Virus record (IMG/VR): IMGVR_UViG_3300037047_000246
From: a virus
Taxonomy: Duplodnaviria > Caudoviricetes
DNA length: 64,000 nt
Direction: 5' to 3' (one strand)
Of the stretch, positions 36,776 to 46,210 are shown piece after piece. Numbering within the stretch: the first letter of the stretch is position 1; every line of letters starts with the position of its first letter. The position numbers and the translations under genes were made by a program. A model generated the notes under the pieces. The model did no database searches, had not been told where the DNA came from, and saw only the letters and a program-made list of their open reading frames with translations.

Positions 36776-38275
36776 ATGCCTCTGATCGACCACACGAATT
36801 TCGACACGATGCTCAAGCAGTCGAGCAGCCCCCGAAACGGGACGCCCGATGGCAATGTGTACTTCGACATGGTGAACAATGAGATCCAGCTCATTGGCGC
36901 CAATGAGCTGGCCCAGGTCAACTTTGGGGCGGGGATGGTCGACAACCCGCTGAACAACTTCGACGGGATCACGCTCCGAGCGCTGTACAACTTCGAGAAC
37001 GCGCGCCGCAGGGTTGACGAGACGCTGCGGTCCTTCCTGCGTGCCACGGACGGCGTGTTTCGGTTCGCAGGCGCGTTCGCGTTCATCAACGGCGTGAAGC
37101 TCGATGGGACCGACCGCAACAAGATCCGCAGCTCTGGCTGGATCGAGTACGCCGACACTCCCGGCGGAACAGATGTGGACCGCATCTATCACGGGGTACT
37201 TTCACTGGTCGACATCCAGAACACGACGGTGCCGCTCTACGCGCTTGTGGAGACAACGGACGAAGCGTCGCTCCAGGCAGCCACCTGGTCTGCGTTCGTG
37301 CGCGAGGGCGACATCAACGAAGCCGTACAGGTGTACGGCGACACAGCCTACGGAGACATGGGGGCAGGCGACTTCGACTACACGTCTCGCACCTTGGTCG
37401 TGCGCGTCCGGTCCTGGGGCTACAACCCCGGTGAGACGACCAGCATCCTGACTGGTATCTCGGAGTTCAGCGGGTTCTCGGCAGGCTACGGCGTTGGCGA
37501 AACCGTCAACCCGGCCAACATCTACCAGCTCGCGGACGTGTTCGGTGGTGCTCAGATCGCTCCGTGGACCGGCATGAAGGTGGAGAAGCTCGCGTCTCCG
37601 CAGACCGAGACTGGCTTCAACGAGGCGGACGGCAGTTTTACTTGGGTGCTGCACAACACGGGCGGCGGCACGGTGCAGGAGTGCGCGGCCTACCTGGACG
37701 CGCTTACGCTCCAGAACGCCGATGTTGATGATGGTGACGGCAGCTACAACGGCCAGAAGGGCCGCGTGTGGTACAGCCGCAACGCGTCCGGTAAGGTCGT
37801 CACCGCCTCGATTGGTGGGGACGGCCTGTTCATCGAAGGCCTGTCGACTGCTGAAAAGCAGAACGTCATCATGACGGACGACAGCGGGGCGACGAAGACC
37901 TACCCGTACTTCCCGGAGATCCAGATCACGGTCGGCGCCGCTGCCGTCGCGGATCCACTGGCCTGGTGGCACGTGTTTTACGCGAACGGCGCAGGCGATC
38001 TCGACTTCGACAAGGCGGGTGCCGTCACGGTCAACGACGCCGACGGCGATCCGATGAAGGGGATCGTGTCGGTGGACCACGTGGCGGGCAAGATCTCAGT
38101 CCCCTACGCGTTCGACACCAACACGCAGGCGGGCCTTCCTGCCGGGCAGCCCAAGGACATGGTCGTCCAGGTGGAAGGCGACGGCGGCTGTGCACAGGCA
38201 ATCTCGTACTTCACCGTGACCCGCACCGCTGTGGTGCCCGTCATTTGCGCACCGCCCGCTGACTCCAACGCGTAA
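36776..38275 (+). CDS. Tail-associated structural protein
   Basis: AGGAG SD; beta-rich, acidic; high GC3. Confidence 0.55.
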   Translation: MPLIDHTNFDTMLKQSSSPRNGTPDGNVYFDMVNNEIQLIGANELAQVNFGAGMVDNPLNNFDGITLRALYNFENARRRVDETLRSFLRATDGVFRFAGAFAFINGVKLDGTDRNKIRSSGWIEYADTPGGTDVDRIYHGVLSLVDIQNTTVPLYALVETTDEASLQAATWSAFVREGDINEAVQVYGDTAYGDMGAGDFDYTSRTLVVRVRSWGYNPGETTSILTGISEFSGFSAGYGVGETVNPANIYQLADVFGGAQIAPWTGMKVEKLASPQTETGFNEADGSFTWVLHNTGGGTVQECAAYLDALTLQNADVDDGDGSYNGQKGRVWYSRNASGKVVTASIGGDGLFIEGLSTAEKQNVIMTDDSGATKTYPYFPEIQITVGAAAVADPLAWWHVFYANGAGDLDFDKAGAVTVNDADGDPMKGIVSVDHVAGKISVPYAFDTNTQAGLPAGQPKDMVVQVEGDGGCAQAISYFTVTRTAVVPVICAPPADSNA

Positions 38276-38285
38276 GGTAGGGCAC

Positions 38286-40457
38286 ATGAGTGTCCTCGCC
38301 CCGGTCATCGATCACCTAAACCCCGTCACGAGGTACGTGCACCTCCGGGCGGGGTGCAGGGCGTATCACCCGGTGGACGACATCTACGCCGAGATCAGAA
38401 ACCTGCGCCGCACCGACGAAACGCTGCGCAGGTACCCGGTGCAGTGCGTGGCGGCAGGCAACGTGCCCAAGGGCGGCGGCAAGTTCACGCCGCGGTACAT
38501 CGTGCTTCAGCACGGCTGGCGGATCGTGCCCGAAGACGTGTCGCACGTCCTGTCGGTCACGGGCGAGCAGCTCACGGCCGAGGGCGGGGCGGGACCCGAC
38601 TGCTTCGACCTGTCCACTATCTCAGCCAGCTCGAAGGTGATCATCCAGTACGAGCCCCCGGCGGCCGAGGTGATCGTGATCAGCAGCACCCCTGGCGGCG
38701 ACGCTCCCACCGTGCAGGAGATCGACGCCCAGCTCAGCGCAACCCACGGAGCGGGCGCCTGGGGCGGGACGGCTAACGTCGACTACCCGGCCGTGGCCGA
38801 TGCGGTCCGCACCAACTTGACCACCGAGCTGGGGCGCATCGACGCGGCCGTCAGCTCACGTGCCGCCCCTGGCGCCGCCATGGCGCTCACCGTAGCGGAG
38901 CGGGCGGCAATCGACACGGCGCTGTCCGCCGTTCACGGGTCTGGCGTCTGGGTGGACAGCGGTGCCGCGCCAGATGCCGGCCAGGTTGCTTCTGCGGTAC
39001 GAGCCGAGCTGGCCACAGAACTTGGGCGCGTGGACGCAGCCGTGTCCACCAGAAGCTCCCACAGCGCTGCGGACGTCAACGTGGCCGTGACCAACGCGCA
39101 CGGGGCCGGGTCGTGGGTGGACACGGGAGCCGCCCCCACTGCCAGCCAGGTGGCGACGGCCGTCCGTTCGGAGCTCACCACGGAGCTGGGGCGGGTGGAC
39201 GCCGCCGTCTCCTCCCGCAGCAGCCACAGCGCGTCCGATGCAGCTGCTGCCGTGCGGTCCAACCTGTCGACCGAGCTGGGGCGGATGGATGCGGCCGTCT
39301 CGACGCGCAGCGCGCACAGCCCAGCTGACGCTGCGTCTGCCGTCAGAATAAATCTCGCTGCAGAGCTGGGGCGCATCGACGCTGCCGTTAGCACTAGAAG
39401 CTCGCATGCGCCCGCGGATGTGGACGCCGCGCTGGTTGTGTCGCACGGAGCAGGGTCATGGGTGGACAGCGGCGCTGCGCCTGCAGCTGACCAAGTTGCG
39501 CAAGCAGTGCGGTCCAATTTGGTCACAGAGCTTGCGCGACTGGACGCTGCTGTGAGCACCAGAAGTTCGCACACGGCAGCAGGCGGGGCATCTGCCGTGC
39601 GGTCCGAACTGGCGGCGGAGCTTGCGCGACTGGACGCTGCTGTGAGCACCAGAAGTTCGCACACAGCTCTGGATGTGGACGCTGCACTAGCAGCGACCCA
39701 TGGCGCCGGCTCTTGGGTCGACAGCGGCGCACCCCCGTCAGTCGCTCAGACGGCGGCTGGGGTCAGGTCTGAGCTTGCGTTAGAGCTCGGCAGGGTGGAC
39801 GCAGCCGTGAGCACCAGAAGTTCGCACACTGCGGCGGACGCTGCGCTCGCAGTCAGAACAAATCTCGCTGCAGAGCTAAGCAGAATGGACGCAGCTGTCA
39901 GTTCGCGCGCCGCTCCCGGAGACGCCATGGCGCTCACCGCGAACGAGAGGACTGCCCTGGACGCTGCCCTGTCCGCGTCCCACGGGTCGGACTCGTGGGA
40001 GGGAGCGGACGCTCTGAGCGCGCAAGACGTGGCGCAAGCGGTGCGGGCGGAAATTGCGGCTGAGTTGGGGCGCGTGGACGTTGCTGTATCTACCCGGAGC
40101 TCGCATATGCCGGCGGATGTGGACGCAGCCTTGTCGGTTTCTCACGGCGCAGGGGCTTGGGGCGACGCTTCTTCAGATCCGGCAGCCCTGGCTGCAGAGC
40201 TCGACAGCGTGCTCAGCGCGTCTCACGGAGCCGGTGCTTGGGGCGCGTCAGTAGACGCGCCCACCCCGGAGCAAGTGTCGGCTGCCGTATGGAGCGAGCC
40301 TGATTCGAATGCTGGGGCGGGCACGATGGGGGCTCGCATGCAGCGATTGGATGCGCTTGTGAGTTCAAGAGCAACGGCCGGGCAGGGCTTGACTCCTGAG
40401 CAGGCGGCGGCTCTGGACGCGGCCAAGAAACTAATCATGCTTGTGTTTGCCAAGTAG
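38286..40457 (+). CDS. Fibre-like protein with modular helical repeats
   Basis: N-terminal globular part followed by ten AVRx(E/N)LxxELxRxDAAVS(T/S)R units. Confidence 0.65.
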   Translation: MSVLAPVIDHLNPVTRYVHLRAGCRAYHPVDDIYAEIRNLRRTDETLRRYPVQCVAAGNVPKGGGKFTPRYIVLQHGWRIVPEDVSHVLSVTGEQLTAEGGAGPDCFDLSTISASSKVIIQYEPPAAEVIVISSTPGGDAPTVQEIDAQLSATHGAGAWGGTANVDYPAVADAVRTNLTTELGRIDAAVSSRAAPGAAMALTVAERAAIDTALSAVHGSGVWVDSGAAPDAGQVASAVRAELATELGRVDAAVSTRSSHSAADVNVAVTNAHGAGSWVDTGAAPTASQVATAVRSELTTELGRVDAAVSSRSSHSASDAAAAVRSNLSTELGRMDAAVSTRSAHSPADAASAVRINLAAELGRIDAAVSTRSSHAPADVDAALVVSHGAGSWVDSGAAPAADQVAQAVRSNLVTELARLDAAVSTRSSHTAAGGASAVRSELAAELARLDAAVSTRSSHTALDVDAALAATHGAGSWVDSGAPPSVAQTAAGVRSELALELGRVDAAVSTRSSHTAADAALAVRTNLAAELSRMDAAVSSRAAPGDAMALTANERTALDAALSASHGSDSWEGADALSAQDVAQAVRAEIAAELGRVDVAVSTRSSHMPADVDAALSVSHGAGAWGDASSDPAALAAELDSVLSASHGAGAWGASVDAPTPEQVSAAVWSEPDSNAGAGTMGARMQRLDALVSSRATAGQGLTPEQAAALDAAKKLIMLVFAK
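38800..40110 (+). repeat. Ten coding repeats; two contain an identical 47-bp block (39528-39574 and 39618-39664)
   Basis: Read from DNA and protein. Confidence 0.85.
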
Positions 40458-40471
40458 GAGCGCATCCCGGG

Positions 40472-40714
40472 TCACGATAGCATCACAGCCTGCACTACCC
40501 ACTCGTCGAGGCCATCGCGCACCGGGACGTAGTTGTCTGCGCAAAATCCACGTGGATTGTGGTCTATCAGCCACTCGACGCCCTGCTGAAGATGCTTCGG
40601 GCATAGCGGCTTGAGCACCCCGTCGTATTTGCGTCGGAACATGTACGCAGCATCGCCGCAGTGGGCGCATTTCGTTTCGCCGGCCGACTTGAATGAGCCG
40701 GAGGCAGGATTCAT
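40472..40714 (-). CDS. Small zinc-finger protein
   Basis: CAHCG...LCPKH; ATGA overlap with the ligase gene. Confidence 0.6.
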   Translation of the reverse strand: MNPASGSFKSAGETKCAHCGDAAYMFRRKYDGVLKPLCPKHLQQGVEWLIDHNPRGFCADNYVPVRDGLDEWVVQAVMLS

Positions 40715-41343
40715 CGGATCTGCCCGGACTCCATGCCGTCGAACACAATCTTCACCCAGTCCGGGTGCTCAGTGCTGCGGGTCGGGTGGTCTCTGCGCGG
40801 AGACCCCAGCCGCTTGAGCACTACGCCGTGAATGAAGCCGGACTTCGAATCGGTCGTGTCGCGATGCGCCTTGGCCACCCGAAGCGCTTCTTCGAGGTTC
40901 TCGGGGGTCGCCGCTTGCTGCTCCACTGCGCGGACGTTCTCTGTTCCTTCGCCAAGGAGCTCCACTAGCCTGTCGTGGCGTTTCTCTAGCCTCTCCTGGC
41001 TCACGTCTTCGGACCCGGCCCGAATGACGTCCCAGAACGTCAGGTTGCAGACGACCCCCTTGTCGTGTCGCCACGACCCCCTCTTGGTGGGGGTCCAAAT
41101 CTCGCCATCCAGCACAGTCCCAGCCGGCAGGTTCAGAGCGGCAACCTGGTCTTGCAGGTTGTCTGGCATGGCAATGGGTTTGCGCTCGCGCGTCCACAGG
41201 GCGGCCGAGCCCTTGGTGTCGACGATCAGCAGGCACCGGAAACCATCAAATTTGTGCTCGAGGACGTAGCCTTCGAACCCGCCTTTCATGAAGAGGGCCA
41301 TGCTGATTCGGATTGGCTTGAACGGATAAAGCCACCATTTCAT
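40711..41343 (-). CDS. Minimal ATP-dependent ligase (adenylation domain only)
   Basis: EHKFDGFR (motif I), VLDGEI (III), FWDVI (IIIa), IHGVVLK (IV, atypical), WVKI (V); no OB domain. Confidence 0.8.
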   Translation of the reverse strand: MKWWLYPFKPIRISMALFMKGGFEGYVLEHKFDGFRCLLIVDTKGSAALWTRERKPIAMPDNLQDQVAALNLPAGTVLDGEIWTPTKRGSWRHDKGVVCNLTFWDVIRAGSEDVSQERLEKRHDRLVELLGEGTENVRAVEQQAATPENLEEALRVAKAHRDTTDSKSGFIHGVVLKRLGSPRRDHPTRSTEHPDWVKIVFDGMESGQIR

Positions 41344-41390
41344 GGCGCTTGGTACTTGGTTGGGTTCTTGATTTACGTTAGACACTCCGC

Positions 41391-41867
41391 CTATGTCTGC
41401 CTATGGGGCGTGGCTGTGAACTTGTGCTTCTCCGGCACAGCGACTCGCTTCATGACTTCGTACAGCATTTGCCGCGCTTCTTGCCGCCTGCGCGAAATCT
41501 CTTCGCGATGTGTTTTTCTGCTAAGTATGGTTTTTTGTCGGCCGCTCGTACGCTTCCGCTCCAGGTATGCGGTCATCTTGGCGGATTTGTAGTATTCTGC
41601 CATACATGACTTGCACTTTTGATCTCGTCCATCGGACGACGTCGGGTGCTTGCGGAATTGTGAAACAGGCAGGCGTTTGCCGCACCCTCGACAGTCTTTG
41701 GTGGCGAGAGTTTGTTTCGGCTTCAATTTGCGTGCTTCATACCGGTTTTTTGCAATCTGTTTCGCACAATCTGGGCACTCTGTGCGTCTGCGGCCAACAC
41801 CTCGGCTCGCGAACTGTGTTTCTGGGAAAGATTCCTTGCATACTATGCAAGTTTTGTGAACTATCAT
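41391..41867 (-). CDS. Basic protein with two CxxC/CxxC zinc modules (endonuclease N-terminal type)
   Basis: KTCIVCK...ECPDC and KDCRGCG...KCKSC. Confidence 0.6.
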   Translation of the reverse strand: MIVHKTCIVCKESFPETQFASRGVGRRRTECPDCAKQIAKNRYEARKLKPKQTLATKDCRGCGKRLPVSQFRKHPTSSDGRDQKCKSCMAEYYKSAKMTAYLERKRTSGRQKTILSRKTHREEISRRRQEARQMLYEVMKRVAVPEKHKFTATPHRQT

Positions 41868-41909
41868 TTGTTCCCAAAATACAATAAACTTACTGTAGAG
41901 AAGATCTGC

Positions 41910-42809
41910 ATGAGCGTCGTTTTCAAACGTGGTCAGGAAATGACCCGCGCCGAGGGATTGAATGTCTTCCTGAAGAAGCGGGACGGCACCCCGAAGAACG
42001 CGGCTGAAATCGCGTACGACATTTACGATTTCACCACAGGCGCCGAGATTCTTCTTCCTCCCTCTAGCCGCGTGCCGCAAAATCCGGCTGTGGGCGAGTA
42101 CTTCGCGGCTTTTCGCATTCCGCCAGACGCCAACATCGGCAAATATCGCATTCGTTGGCGCTTCCGCGAATACCTGAATTCGAAGCAGGCCGAGATCATG
42201 CAAGAGTTCGCCATCGTCGGCGACTCGACTCAGGTCATCACCGCCCCTGGTGTGACGCCGACCGAATATGACCTCATCCGCGGTCTTCGCATCATGCTGC
42301 GTGACGCGAATCCAGACAGAAATTATCATTTTGTCCCACCGGCGGGCGAGGAGTCCACAGATCAGTTCACCAGGGTGTTCGGATATCTGTGGCTTGACGA
42401 TGAGCTCAAAGAGTTTTTGCGCGTCTCCTTGGACTCTGTGAACATGTACGCTCCGCAGACGTTCTACGACACTCTGGACCAGCTCATGCAGCAGCACCGC
42501 AATTGGCGGACCTTGCTGTTCACCGGGGCGATGGTGCACTCCATCAACGCCCTGGCGCTGAACTGGGTGGCAGATGAGTTTGACTACTCAATCGGTGGTG
42601 TTTCGCTCAATCTAGAAAAGTCGTCAAAGTATCAGTCGATGGCGAACGATGCGCAGACCAGATTCACCGACATGGTCACAGCAGCTAAAGAAACGGTCAA
42701 AGTGATTAGGGGCCTCAAGCAGTCTCGCTACGGCATGGGTATTCGCTCATCGTTCGGCCCGAGTGTAGGACGCGGTGCTCTGACGCCAAGACGGTTCCTT
42801 GGTATATGA
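41910..42809 (+). CDS. Putative neck/head-tail adaptor protein
   Basis: Ig-like N-terminus plus helical DDELKEFL...FDYSIGGVSLN...KYQSM region typical of adaptor proteins; structural context. Confidence 0.5.
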   Translation: MSVVFKRGQEMTRAEGLNVFLKKRDGTPKNAAEIAYDIYDFTTGAEILLPPSSRVPQNPAVGEYFAAFRIPPDANIGKYRIRWRFREYLNSKQAEIMQEFAIVGDSTQVITAPGVTPTEYDLIRGLRIMLRDANPDRNYHFVPPAGEESTDQFTRVFGYLWLDDELKEFLRVSLDSVNMYAPQTFYDTLDQLMQQHRNWRTLLFTGAMVHSINALALNWVADEFDYSIGGVSLNLEKSSKYQSMANDAQTRFTDMVTAAKETVKVIRGLKQSRYGMGIRSSFGPSVGRGALTPRRFLGI

Positions 42810-42862
42810 TTTTCTCCACGACCCAGTTGTGCCCCAACTAAGAACATACTAGACTTCTTTGC

Positions 42863-44488
42863 ATGACCCAGCAGATCTGCAAAGCATGCGGGCAATCGAA
42901 GGAGCTAGAGGGCGGGTTCTTTAGGAACTCAGTGAAGCTTAGCGGCTACGATGCTAAATGCAAAGAATGCCGCGGCGCCAAAGCCAAGGCATATAGAGCA
43001 GCGCATGCAGAAGAGATCGCCAAACATCGACAAGAATACTACACTGATAACAGGGAAGTTATCCTGGCCAACAAGTGTTCATACTATCGGGATCACGTGG
43101 GAGAACTTGCGCGCCGTAAGTCAGAATACTGGCAAAGCAACAAGGATGAGATCAAAAAGCGTACATCTGAGTGGAGAGGGCGCAACAAAGAACTGCTGGC
43201 TCTGCGAGCAAAGCAATATAGGGACGCCATACTGAAATCGGCCATCGCCGTCTTGGGAGGAAAGTGTGCTGTGTGCGGCGAGGTAGAGCCTGAATTTCTG
43301 ACTGTGGACCACATAAACAACGACGGCGCCTCTGAGAGGCGTTTGGGCGCCGTCAGTTGGAAGCGGCTGATTCTGGACGGGACTGCTGACCCTTCCAGAT
43401 ACCAGGTGTTGTGTCACAATTGCAACCTCGGGAAATATCGCCTAGACCCCGTCCATCACTTCAAGGATGGAGCTGCTGTAGGTAAAGTACGCTCCTGTCC
43501 TACATGCGGCGTTGACAAAGATGAGTCTGAGTTCCGGGTTGGTCATACGCGACGGTGCCTGGAATGTGCCAGGCCATACCAGATTGAGCGCCGCAAAGCC
43601 ATGATCCACGCACTCGGCGGGGCGTGCGTGTGCTGCGGGCTGGATGAATGGCACAAGCTCGTCGTGGATCATGTCAATAATGACGGATTTGCAGCCAGAG
43701 CTTTGGGGGCGCGCAGCGGCGTGGACCTCTTGGCTGCCATAACGTGCGGCAAACTGAAGCGAGCTGATCACCAGTTGATGTGTTGGAACTGCAACCACAG
43801 CAAGCATCGTGGTGGCGGATTGTGCGTACATCAGCGCAACGGTGTGTCGCTGCTTGGGGGAGTCACGCCGACCATCAGGAACACGCAAAACACGACGCCT
43901 ATCGATGCGACCGATTTTCTGTTGTGGAGTGTACGCACAGGTAAGGCCGATCTCGGCGTCGCAAAGCCATTTTTGGACGCTCACCACTATGCCGGGTTCG
44001 GTCGCGCCTCCAGCATTGTTTACGGTGCATGGGCGGATGAACTGCTGATAGGCATTGCGAAATTCGCTTCGCCGGTGCGCCAGGGCGTTGCCAAGTCTAT
44101 TGGCCTGAGCGATTCGCAGGTGCTTGAGCTCGATCGATTCTGCATACACCCTGCATACCATGCCAAGAATTTCGCGTCATACTTCATGGCAAAAGCTATC
44201 AAGCTGGTTGCTGCCAACAAGCCAGGCGTTCTGAAGCTGGTGTCGTTTGCCGATCCTCGATTCGGGCATGTCGGCACTGTTTATGAGGCTTCCAACTGGC
44301 AAAAGCTGGGCGAGACGGCACGCAGCTATTACTACGAGGACGCGCAAGGTCAAGAAATCAACAAGAAAACCCTGTATGATTTCGCGAAGCGCCGCAAGCT
44401 AACAGAGCGCCAATGTGCCGAAGCGCTAGGATATGAGAAGGTACGTACCCCTCCTAAGATCAAGTTCGTTTATATCATCAAGAAATAG
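42863..44488 (+). CDS. Double HNH endonuclease + Mom-like GNAT domain
   Basis: LTVDHINNDG...LCHNCN and VVDHVNNDG...MCWNCNHSK; C-terminal FLDAHHY...LELDRFC...SFADPRFGHVGTVYEASNW. Confidence 0.75.
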   Translation: MTQQICKACGQSKELEGGFFRNSVKLSGYDAKCKECRGAKAKAYRAAHAEEIAKHRQEYYTDNREVILANKCSYYRDHVGELARRKSEYWQSNKDEIKKRTSEWRGRNKELLALRAKQYRDAILKSAIAVLGGKCAVCGEVEPEFLTVDHINNDGASERRLGAVSWKRLILDGTADPSRYQVLCHNCNLGKYRLDPVHHFKDGAAVGKVRSCPTCGVDKDESEFRVGHTRRCLECARPYQIERRKAMIHALGGACVCCGLDEWHKLVVDHVNNDGFAARALGARSGVDLLAAITCGKLKRADHQLMCWNCNHSKHRGGGLCVHQRNGVSLLGGVTPTIRNTQNTTPIDATDFLLWSVRTGKADLGVAKPFLDAHHYAGFGRASSIVYGAWADELLIGIAKFASPVRQGVAKSIGLSDSQVLELDRFCIHPAYHAKNFASYFMAKAIKLVAANKPGVLKLVSFADPRFGHVGTVYEASNWQKLGETARSYYYEDAQGQEINKKTLYDFAKRRKLTERQCAEALGYEKVRTPPKIKFVYIIKK

Positions 44489-44646
44489 AGCGGCTTTGTG
44501 CTCACTTGCCAGAGCGGCTTCGCGGCCGAGGAGCCGTCGAACGCATGATCTAACCCTGGTGCTGCACTTCGCAGAGCCGACATCCGCACTTTGCAGCTTT
44601 AATCAATAAGCTCTTTGTGTTGTGTTTGGGCAAATTGGAGGATCCC

Positions 44647-45123
44647 ATGACACCTGTCCAGGCAGCACAAAGACTTAGGCATATTGCAGCGATGATCGAC
44701 AATTCGAGCAGGCCCCACCGGGAGCTTGTGGCTGCCGAAATCCGCCGTGTGCTGGCCGCGATGGATAGCACCAAGTTCTTCATCTACGCGCAGACCTCCA
44801 GCGAAGGCAAGGATGTGGCGGGCAAGTCCTTCAATGTCGAGCAGTTCGGCGACGAGAGCGGACAGGACGCTGCGAAGCGCACTGAGCTGGAGAAGGGCAA
44901 GGAGCAGGAAGTTGCTGCCGTCAAAACTTTGTACGTCGTGATGAAGAATGCGCCCGGAGTCCAGGCTGTCAAGAGGGCGGACGACAAGAACGCAGTATTT
45001 GTCCAGTTTGACAAGTCGATGTCCGAAGAGGCCGTTCTTGATATTGCCAAGAAGGCGATCCAGGGCGACATGGTTGCGAAGAAGTCGATCGACGTGGGTA
45101 GTCTCAAGGTCGAAGCTGCTTGA
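44647..45123 (+). CDS. Hypothetical protein with AAQRLRHIAAMIDNS module
   Basis: GGAGG SD before ATG 44647. Confidence 0.7.
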   Translation: MTPVQAAQRLRHIAAMIDNSSRPHRELVAAEIRRVLAAMDSTKFFIYAQTSSEGKDVAGKSFNVEQFGDESGQDAAKRTELEKGKEQEVAAVKTLYVVMKNAPGVQAVKRADDKNAVFVQFDKSMSEEAVLDIAKKAIQGDMVAKKSIDVGSLKVEAA

Positions 45124-45153
45124 CATCCAGATGCGCCGGCGCACATGTAATGT

Positions 45154-45525
45154 GTGTGCGTGAATTACTGCGTCAAATGCTGGCAAAAGAGTGAGCTGAA
45201 AGTTCACCCTGACGGTCGCCTAGACTGCCCTTCATGCGGCAGCGTCGAAATTCCAAGGCACATGCACTGCGCCCGTTGCGGATTCGCATGCTTGCATGTG
45301 GAGGCAGGCGGAATTTACGGCTGTCCCAACTGCGGGGATCCTACGGACGTCGGTAGGCACAAAGTCAGGTACGAGTTCAATCAAGGGTGCGGCATTTGCG
45401 GCTTGCCTGGCCATATGCCAAAACCCGGGTTTATGGAGCCTGTTCCGTGCGGACACCCGAGGGTATTGTTCGGCTTGGCTCCAGGATTTTGCGAGCAAGA
45501 CGTCGAAGAAATCATGAATGAATAG
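45154..45525 (+). CDS. Small Cys-rich zinc-finger protein
   Basis: Five CxxC pairs. Confidence 0.55.
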   Translation: MCVNYCVKCWQKSELKVHPDGRLDCPSCGSVEIPRHMHCARCGFACLHVEAGGIYGCPNCGDPTDVGRHKVRYEFNQGCGICGLPGHMPKPGFMEPVPCGHPRVLFGLAPGFCEQDVEEIMNE

Positions 45526-45754
45526 ATTGCCTAAATGTCTGTGCGAGTGGTGCCTGACGTACCAACTCACCGAGTTTGGCCTGGATGCGCAAAACCGCGT
45601 GCCCGACGCAGCCGGAGTTGCCTTGCTGAGCGAAGGATTCTCGCTTCTGTGCAACGGGTGCGGCGCATACTTCAAGCAGCAAGGCAACTTTATCGACTTG
45701 GACTCGCCAGAGGGCGCGGCCATGCTCGCGGCTTCGGAAGTGCACAACAGCTGA
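45518..45754 (+). CDS. Small hypothetical protein
   Basis: CLCEWC, LLCNGC; overlaps the previous stop. Confidence 0.5.
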   Translation: MNRLPKCLCEWCLTYQLTEFGLDAQNRVPDAAGVALLSEGFSLLCNGCGAYFKQQGNFIDLDSPEGAAMLAASEVHNS

Positions 45755-45829
45755 ATGTAAGCACAGTGTTGACTCAGCTGTTGTGCGCGCCAGCACTTCC
45801 CCGTAAGACTAGGTTTTGGAGGCGGTTCA

Positions 45830-46210
45830 GTGGTTGAATTGAATGACAGAGAAAGCGCCGTGCTGCGCATTTTGATGGAAGTGCTGTGTCTTCTGCCCCC
45901 GAGCTCCAGAAGCAACGTGATCAAATCGTTTTGCGAGATCGCCCCAGACATGGCGGAGGAGCCGGAGGAAGCCGGAGACGTTTCTGACAAAGCTACGGCA
46001 AGCCCAAAAGAACGATCGGGCTCTCTCGTGGAGAGAGCCGTGGACATCCTCAGAAAGCACCCACAAGGAATGCCGGCCGCGCAGCTGATGCGACAGCTTG
46101 GGGTGCCGCGGCGAGCAACCTTCGCCGCGGCAATGGCTCGGGGAAAGCAAGCCGGTTTGATAGTGTCCGAGGGGCACACCCGTTGGACTCGCTACAGAGC
46201 GGCGAACTGA
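45830..46210 (+). CDS. Putative winged-helix DNA-binding protein
   Basis: GGAGG SD; C-terminal AVDILRKHPQGMPAAQL...GHTRWTRY pattern. Confidence 0.5.
   Translation: MVELNDRESAVLRILMEVLCLLPPSSRSNVIKSFCEIAPDMAEEPEEAGDVSDKATASPKERSGSLVERAVDILRKHPQGMPAAQLMRQLGVPRRATFAAAMARGKQAGLIVSEGHTRWTRYRAAN

Noticed and set aside
38800-40110. CRISPR-like repeat-spacer pattern
   Set aside because: The repeats are degenerate, in frame and protein-coding; no cas genes are present.
38286-40457. Diversity-generating retroelement TR/VR pair
   Set aside because: No reverse transcriptase is present, and differences between repeats are not confined to adenines.
44487-44520. Direct repeat AGAGCGGCTT twice after the HNH-Mom gene as a target-site duplication
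   Set aside because: Both copies lie on the same side of the gene, and a 10-mer is too short to support a claim.
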